Source: Octopus vulgaris (Eukaryota). From it: a stretch of 64,000 nt of DNA. The position numbers and the translations under genes were made by a program. The notes beneath the pieces are model-generated. The model had not been told where the DNA came from and searched no databases. It was given only the letters and a program-made list of their open reading frames with translations. The stretch lies in the NCBI GenBank assembly GCA_951406725.2, contig OX597815.1, positions 132,246,001 to 132,310,000 of the forward strand. Reading direction: 5' to 3'. Below are positions 55,363 to 64,000 of this stretch, piece by piece; position 1 is the stretch's first letter; each line of letters starts with the position of its first letter.

Positions 55363-58300
55363 TCTTTTAGTTTATATATATACATATAGGAACGAAAAGA
55401 AACAAAATTAATATTCATATAGATGGAAGGTGGCCAAACTGCAAAGTCGGTAGGGGAACAGGACAAGATTCCTTGAAGCAATAAGTTATATCCTTGAACG
55501 TTATCCTATAAATGTGTGTCATAAATTGAAAATAAATATTTATATGTCGGTTTATAATTATTATCGTAAGCCAAGCACGTGACACTCGAGGCCATTTCAT
55601 TCCGTTTTATTAGCAATTCTAATTGCTTTCAGTAAGAAATAGATAATCACAGATTCCTTATTTTCCCCAGTTACTAAAACAAATTAATTAAGACAAATAA
55701 CGATATACAGACGGTAGCTGCTGCCTCGGTTGGTTCTGGCGATGAGCACTCAGTCACTAGACTACATATCGCCCGACTCTTTAAAATAAAGCGTGAGGAG
55801 TTGACTATTCCACCGACACGAATACTTTAAATGTAATATTCATGCCGAATCTGAGGGACAAAATAATACAAGTGCAGCTTTGAGTCCAGGGCACAATTTA
55901 TCTTACGAAATCCCATGCAGCTAGACACTTCCCAGTTTCACTCAAAGGTAGGAACTGAGTCTAAACTGCGCTGAAAGACATTTACCTATGAAACCAAGAA
56001 ATAGGATCGAATACAAAACCAAATGACTCCGTTCTTTTTAACCTCTTGACCATATATGCATCTACTTAAAATCTGATTTCTAATTGACAAAAAAAATACG
56101 GTACCAAGAAATATGAATTAAATTGGGCATAGCTGTTTTATAAACCTCAGAAGAATAAAAGGCTAATTCGGCGCCATCCGCGATACAGGTTAACCGAAAG
56201 TGTAAAAGGCTTGTTACTATAAACACAATTCACCTAGGGTGGTACTCCAATATTTATGATATTCTCCCTCTTTGTTGGATTTATTGACTGTAAAATGTAT
56301 AATTATATAGAACACGAGAAAATTAGTGAGCATCAAAAGAAAAACAAACTAATAAATACAATTCATAAAAAAAGAGTGTGTTTACGTATAACAGAGTAAA
56401 TTATAGGTATTAAGTTTCATAGAGTGTTTCATCCCTAAATCAACAACAAAAATGAGAAGACATTTTTACAGCCTTCTAGTCCCGAGTCTCGTTCTGATAT
56501 TTTCGAAAATGATTTCTACTGAAAATCTCAGAAGTGACCTCTCTTCGCGGCACAAAAAAAAAAAAAAATTTGCAATTTATAAAATATTGATCACATGACA
56601 GATTTATTGGTATATTATAATGTTGTTTCATTAAGAATTTATCAGAATAATAGACGCGTATAGGAGAATGAAAAGCTGAAAGCAAAATGGAAATAAATCA
56701 ACACATTATTTCACACTTATATCTAAACAAATATTAATGTAAAATAGGAAATCAGAGTTAATGAGAGAAATTTTGCCTAAAAATATGACTAATTAATTCG
56801 TTTGATGTGTCGTGCCATTTAATTTAATATCGGTCTAAATCGAGTACACGGTGCAGTTTCAATTCTCAGTAGAAATGATCTAGTTACATATGCATGGCAA
56901 ACGTGATCCTAAGAGGCATAAATTAAATTGAGGTATTTCTCATGAAACGAAACCAACTTTTAAAATGCCTCAATAATTTGTGAGCACAGAGTAATCCAAA
57001 AGTGTTCTGTGTCGGCGATGAAAGAGGATTCGGTTCTCGAGAGATACTGGCTTATTTTGAATATGCTATTAATGACTTTGAAAAGAAGCTTACAAATTTC
57101 TATTTTCAATCGATATTAAACAGTATTGTCAGTGGCTGTAGTACAATGAAAGCATTAGTTATAATTAAGGGTCAGGAAATGTATGGAGATAATTACTCAA
57201 CAAATATGCTCAGTACGATATTTAGTTCTTTTACGTCAATTGTTGAGTTCATGTTAGCTGCTAACAGGAATGGCAATTGAAGTTGGTATGTGTTGAGTTC
57301 AATGCAACTTTGACGGGCATATAAAGTGAGCTGCAATGAATTTTACATATCCGCAGTTTACTTAAGTTTGGGAAATTATTTGCCGGCCATCTCAAAACTT
57401 GTGTCAATTTAAATATGACCTAGCAAGTGACAATGATTTCAACATCATTTTAATTCAGAAAAGCTGAAGCTAATTTCAATCATTTAAACGAAACTTGGTA
57501 TTTGTTGATAGTATACCTTGTATTGTGTTGTTGATGAAGTTATTGTTTCTGTAAGCCCTGATAAGTCCTGATCAGACTGACTCATTACCAAATGTAATCT
57601 CAGCCTTCAACATCTCGTATTTGTTTCAGACATAGCGTCTAGGACTATATCTTCGAGTATCGCGTTTATATTTTGAAATATTGTAATGCATTTTAAGGTG
57701 GTTGATTTGTATACTATTAATAACAGCTCCAGCAATAATATCACCCAAAGTCATTTGTTTATTTATTCAGGTTTCATGAATTCAATACCATTATATGTGT
57801 TTGTGCTTCTCTATTTTTCAGAGCAAAGGAAATCTATTTGTTTCGTTCGTGTAGTTGTTGATCATACGTATGAACAATTGAAATCTCCTGCTTGCTAAGT
57901 TCGCGATAAATTAGTAGAATATTTTCTCGTCAATGCCAATGTTTTGTAGAGAGATAGAGAGAAATAATATCTATTACGTACAACTTAAGTGAGAAAGTGA
58001 TATATGAAACGCTTAAAAGAGTACTTGAACATTCTAAATTGAAGTCTAGATTACATTATTATGCAACTTTCACAAATCGATAAAATAATTATCTATATAT
58101 TCAGTTCGTTTAATGTACTCGACTTTAGTTCTCCATACAAACTATTGCTTGGCAAAAACAATGACCATGTAACAACAGTGTGACGAGAAGCATGACAAGA
58201 TTCACGACGGGAAAGATTCAGTTTTAACCCGTAGAATTCGAGATCAAGTCAAACCGTTTGAGCTTACTGAGCCAGAGGAAGCATTTGCACGAGAATATTC

Positions 58301-60679
58301 CTATTTTTACCAAACCATTTGTGTTACGTCTGAAGAAATCGACATTAAAGGAGCCGGGATGAGTGAAATAGAATAATAGACGAGCTCCTAACATGACGAC
58401 CTTATATGGTAGTTTCAATTCTGGGGCAAGGTCATATCACTTCACTTCCTGGGTAATGTCATCTAGAAACCTTCCCCTCCAACAACGTCATCGACATTAA
58501 TATCGGAATAAATATATTTTAAAAAGTACCATGGTTATAGCACACAATATATGCTAATGACTATTAATGAAATACGTGCCTACCTATAATTCATTAACAG
58601 AAGTAACTTTTAATATAATTACTATCCATCGTAGCAATAAACCATCAATAGACTTAGCTTTACAATTTGAAAAATTCTGAAAAAAAATGGCTAATTCAGC
58701 AGGTTGCGTGCAACCAATGGAGCCCGTGTAGAAGTGTTTTGATCTTTGTAATAAAATGTTATTTGTTTGTCTATGTTTTCCAATACACTCTGCTGAGTTA
58801 TCGTGATATTTTTTTCCATATTTTCAAATTTGCGAAGGCGGTTTATAACTATGCAAGATAACAGCATTTATTGGTAAAATTTGCGCGCTTTTATTTAAAA
58901 CAAGTTGCAGAACAACTTCGTATACGCGACTATAAGAATTAGAAGAAGTATTATGAGAGCTGACAGTTTTGACTAGGCAGAGAGACTCTATAGATTATGG
59001 AAAGTAAATGGCTTTTTGATGATGCTGGAATGAAAATGATTTTGTTGAATATTTACTAAAGAATTTTATGCATCGATTTCATTTTGTTATGATTTTCTTG
59101 ATTTCTTCTTATTTTTTTTTATATATACTTGGCAACTCTACTTTCGATGAAGTATTTATAAATTCAAAATCTTACTTTTCTTCTAATGATACTCGTATAT
59201 TCTAAGCACATAATGCGGGGAATTGGTAGAATCGTTTGACATTCGAGACATTGCCGTGGAGCATGTTTCAGTTTTATACTTTCTATGTTCAAATCCTACC
59301 GGGGTCAACTGTACCATTCATCCATTCGCAGCATAGAAACTGCAGTACCGAGTAATTACTGAGCTGAATTCAATCAAGTAACATCACCCTACTCTCAGAA
59401 TTGCTCGTATTGTTCTTACATTTGAAACAACTAATTCTAAAGTCATTGAAAAACCGAACTCGGTATATATAGGTAACAAAGTATATTTCAGTACAAAAAA
59501 TGTTTGGTAGGTGGGACCAACATAGAGTTAGGATTGCACATTTAACAGATGTGAATTTTGAACGTAGACGCAGATTAGGGCTATGATCCTGCCTGTTACT
59601 CTTATAAACATCTTGAGATGGATTTTATCTCGGTTTTTCAGGAGAGTTTGTAAATTGATGATTAAATATAATGCAATAAACATAATCCAGAATAAATATT
59701 CGGCGGGGGAGACATAATATCGGTCAACGAGTAAAACATTTAAAATTTTCTTGCAAGTACGGGAGACAACCACAGAAATGTTTCATTCTTATTCTGACCA
59801 CGTAAAAAGTTATCCTTTCACCACTGTACTATATTTGCTGAAATAGCATTCACATAATTTTCGGTGTGGAAGCAGTAGGAAACATGCTGGGCATAGGAAA
59901 TTATTATGATTCTCTAGCAATTAAAAGATTTCACTGGCACTAGCTGCATGCAAATTAATAGGTAACTTGATAACAGTATTTGAAAAGCTTACTAGGAATA
60001 AATAACCCATGACTAATATTTTCTTTTTCCGAAATCATATTTTATTTGTTTGGTACAAATATCGTTCTTGTGACAGCAAAATATTAACTTCTATACTGAT
60101 CAGTTACATTTTCAAAGAACTAAGTAGACTCCATTTCAGTTTTATATCATATTTTATTGATCCGTAAAAAGAAACAGACAAAGCAACGGGAGTGGTATTC
60201 GACGTAAAGGACATATAAGAACCAAAGTATTTTATGAGCCGTTAGCAATGCAGTATGACATTAAACAATCTTATTCGTAAGTCAATAAATATATTTGTCT
60301 CTGCGCAGCGAAAATTAAAGAAATTCTTGTGAATACGTCTACACCTACAGTTCAATCAAGTTAAGACGTCACTCGCAAGAGAATATCATTTGGGCACTTC
60401 TACCACGCTTTCGCTAATTATTTATGGTACTTATGCAATCTTGAGGATACTCGGGAACACATTGATGCTTTCATCCTCTATCCGGCAGAACATCGGGAAA
60501 GTGACCACTGGAGAGAAGGTCACATAGCCATCAGTCGATTGTAATGATTTTCAACTGAGTAGACCGGGTAAAAAATGAAGTACTTGGCACAAAGACATAA
60601 GATATTGACAGTTTCGGGAATGGAGCTTAAATTCTAGCAAGATGTTTAAAGTTTACTCCAACCCCTCGCAGATCGAACC

Positions 60680-63110
60680 CGAATGAAATTAAGGATAACA
60701 CTATGGATTTCTACCGAAAATTACGCCTCACAAAAGTACTTCACAACTACAGCAGCGAAGATAGGTCAATAGTAAAGAACAAAAGTGAATACTGTCCTAC
60801 AAAAGGCATAAACAAAACACTTGATGCTTTTTTGTGAACTCATTACCAGTTTCCCTTTTAATACCCTACGAAAACAACTAATTAAATCCAAACTTAATGT
60901 AAATGAATGGAAAGACCTAATCGAGTTAAAAATGATATAAACTTCACCATTAAAGAAACCGACAAAAGTAGTGGTGATGAACACAGAGTACTACAAAAAT
61001 CTAATACTCTCCATGTTGGAAAATAATATTTACTATGAGAAGATAGTACAATACAACCCACAGAAGGCACTTAAAAACTTATCCTACTTACCTCAAATAG
61101 ATGGAAAGGGCCTCACTAACATGAAATATACTATTTATCCAATTTAAGATACAGGCCTAGTCTATTCTACAGATTACCTAAAATACACAAACATTTACAT
61201 ATTTATAAAGTTTGCAAAGTTTCTCCAAGCGTGTGCATTAATTTTCCTCCCCCTACTTACCTCAAACTGAGACCCATCATTGCTGGCTCTGCTTGTGAAA
61301 CCCACCGTTTGATCAACTTCCTCGACATCTTACTCAAAACGTTTCTAAAGTATGTGAAAAGCTTCATCAGCAATGACTTAGACATGCTGAACCACCTCCC
61401 GAAGACAATAAATGAAGGAGCCCTGTTAGTATCATAGTATCATTTGATGTGGTGAATTTGTACACCAATATCCCACACGATTATGGTATAGAAGCGATCA
61501 ACTTCTGGCTAGGAAAACGCCCAGAAGAGATCCCAGGTCGCATTAACAACAGCTTCCTAATCGAAGCACTTAAATTCCTCCTACTGAACAACTATTTCAT
61601 GTTCGATACACTTTACTATCGAAAAAATGTGGAATTGCAATAAGAACCGGAGCTGCTCCAGTGATTGCGAACCTTATAATGGGTTGCCTAGAGCTTAATA
61701 TCAATCATCACTACAAAAATATGGCACCTCATTTCATTGCTATTTAAAGGAGAACTGGAAGAGGTATTTGGACAATTGCTTTATACTTTGGAAAGACAGC
61801 ATGGACAAATTCCTCGATTTCAAAATAATGCTTAAGAATATTAATAGCAACAAACAATTCACCATGGAGCACAGCAGTAAACAACTCCCTTTTCTTGACA
61901 TCCTAATTAAAATAGTCAATAACCACATCGAAACAGACATCTTCTCGAAAACCCACAGATTCTAAACAATACCTACTATTCAACTCATGCCACCCCAAAC
62001 ATATAAATTAATATACCTTATAATCTAGCGATAAGAATTTGTACCTTCTATACTCATGAACGAAGACTCCTTGCATTCAGATCAATACTAATCAAAGACA
62101 TTACCCAATATCATTAATATATGGTGGCATTAAATGATCTATAGAAATAGATATACAAACATTAAGGGAAATCAACCGAAATACTAAACCAGACTTTTAA
62201 ATATTCCCATACATCTCCACACATAAACCTAGAAACAACGAAGCCTTAAAACATCTTTCCATCCTCACAGGAGATAAAACAAGGAACAAAATTTTAGGCT
62301 CACACAAAATTAATAAGAGCAAAATGCAACCTAAATCATTGAAAAAATATTAACAAGCGCAAGACTATATCCATTAACAACAGAACCAAAAGTGAAAAAA
62401 ATGTGGTCGACTTAACTGTGGTACATGCCCCCACCTTTTGGAGGTTTCAGAATTCTACTTGAAACAAGGTGAAATATTTAAGATCAAATCAATTTTCACC
62501 TGTGCCTCGGAAAATCTTTTCTATGCCATTTCATGCTTAGGTTGTGGTAATAATTACATTGGCCAAAGAGGAATATCACTCCGTCGAAGAACGACTCTCC
62601 ACAAAGAACAAATCCGCCACCCACAATACAGACGGATACAGGTTAGGAATCTTAATCCTAATTTCCTAATTTTCCCCTTCTATCAATGTACACAGAACAC
62701 CTCAGTACAACAAAGAATGAATAAAGAGGCAAATTCATCAATAAATATTTTCCACAACTCAATATGAACACATATAATACAGAACAGCACTAACTTTTCA
62801 ATTAACACCACTAACCCCCATACATCCCATACACCATTTACATTACATATCTATATCTATCCTAATTGCACCAAATCCAGAACTACTTACCTCCCTTACA
62901 CATAATCGTTTTACTCATGGACTAATAGACCTGACACCGTTCATTAATCGGTGTGTATTTAAAGCAATGGTTAGTAAATTCACGAAACCGGTATGCGTTT
63001 GAACCTCAGTCCATCTATTTGTATATATCTATTGTTACGTTGCATAAAAAAGCCTTTCCTTTTTTTATTTCCAATGTGCACTTTCGCTTATATTTCTTCT
63101 TACCTTCTTC
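60680..63110 (+). mobile_element. Degenerate near-full-length Penelope-like element (Neptune-like): RT + Cys linker + GIY-YIG
   Basis: FYRLPKIHK, LRPIIAG, FDVVNLYTNIPH, WKRYLDNCF, LPFLDI, SCHPKH, KCGRLNCGTCPH, FTCASENLFYAISCLGCGNNYIGQ; many frameshifts. Confidence 0.9.
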
Positions 63111-63129
63111 TATATATATATGTGCGCGC

Positions 63130-63162
<33 letters not shown>

Positions 63163-63594
63163 TGTGATTGTGTGAGTGTATATATATGCAATCATACATA
63201 CATACATACATACATAAATGAAGTCAGCCGAAATCAGGAGTTCAAGAGTTTTGGAAGGGCGTTCAAGAGCGAAAATGCATAATTAATTGCTTAGCGATAA
63301 AATCTGTAGCTGTTCATTTGACATATCAGTTGTACCAGGTATATTTCATTTCGGTATTGTGAGTTAGTTTTTAAAAGCACGTACGCATATCTGTGTATGT
63401 GTGCCTCAAGAAGAAGAAGAAGAAGAAGAAGAAGAAGAAGAAGAAGAAGAAGAGAAGAGAAAAACAGTGTGTATTCACAATCCGATATTCACAAGCAAAT
63501 CTACAAACATCTCTTAGTGACAAATACTTTAGCTTCATTTACTCCGTCCGAGCTAATCGCTCCGAGCAATAATTTTTTTCGGTCACATTCGTAA

Positions 63595-63860
63595 AGGCGC
63601 ATGGCCTAATGATGAGTTTGTTGTACTCATTGCTTTGGTTCCAATTCGAAGCCAGGTCATGGTTTCGATACCAATGCATTGTGTTTTTGAGCGAAACACT
63701 TCCTCGAATTTACTTAGCTTTAAATTATTTCCAGCAAGTGGGGAAATTAACCCTACGACAGACTGGCGTACCGTTCAGGAGGGGAGTGTAGTAATGCCAT
63801 TTACATATACGCCGTAGAAATCAGGTTAGCATTCGGCCTTATAAGTCTTAGGGCTCCTAA
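63595..63860 (+). mobile_element. Degenerate tRNA SINE with V-like block
   Basis: AGGCGCATGGCCTAATG...AACCCTACGACAGACTGGCGTACCGTTCAGG. Confidence 0.55.
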
Positions 63861-64000
63861 CCGACCTTAGTCGAAGTCTATCGCCTTCGAAAATGCAATG
63901 ATTCAGTTATGGGCTTGCTAGAACCTATAATTCATAACGTTACTATTATGAAAAATTCTTATGTCATACTCGTCAAATGATAAAACTGTAGATCTTCCGT

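Noticed and set aside
57000-57370. ANRNGN*SWYV, resembling a DNA-transposase RxGNW motif
   Set aside because: Too degenerate to assign a family
58180-58376. About 65-codon open frame DEKHDKIH...MSEIE
   Set aside because: No start codon or good acceptor site and no recognisable domain
62925-63000. GAAACCGGTA downstream of the Neptune-like ORF as a hammerhead
   Set aside because: No intact CUGANGA or stem I was found

Overview
AT-rich, microsatellite-dense animal DNA with no intact host gene. The SINE repertoire suggests an octopus/cephalopod intron or intergenic region (inference). It contains tRNA-derived SINEs, Tc1/mariner and pogo MITEs, a mariner remnant, Helitron/Helentron non-autonomous elements, CR1, R4/Dong and RTE LINE fragments, a gag-like ORF remnant and several Penelope-like elements (PLEs). 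The main finding is a set of (TA)n-embedded, non-coding 480-562 bp tandem units arranged as two head-to-head arms (16.5-18.0, 23.2-24.6 and 27.3-28.5 kb). Each complete unit carries a type I hammerhead ribozyme (HHR) motif. They share architecture, HHR peculiarities and a 3' terminal motif (TYAYCCYNAATT) with an RT-encoding PLE at 3.3-5.5 kb, consistent with a retrozyme-like non-autonomous/helper PLE system. By eye I count 11 HHR motifs with intact cores and about 6 degenerate ones. A candidate 12-nt microexon or recursive splice site lies at 14860. All calls were made by eye; ribozyme activity and family assignments are untested.
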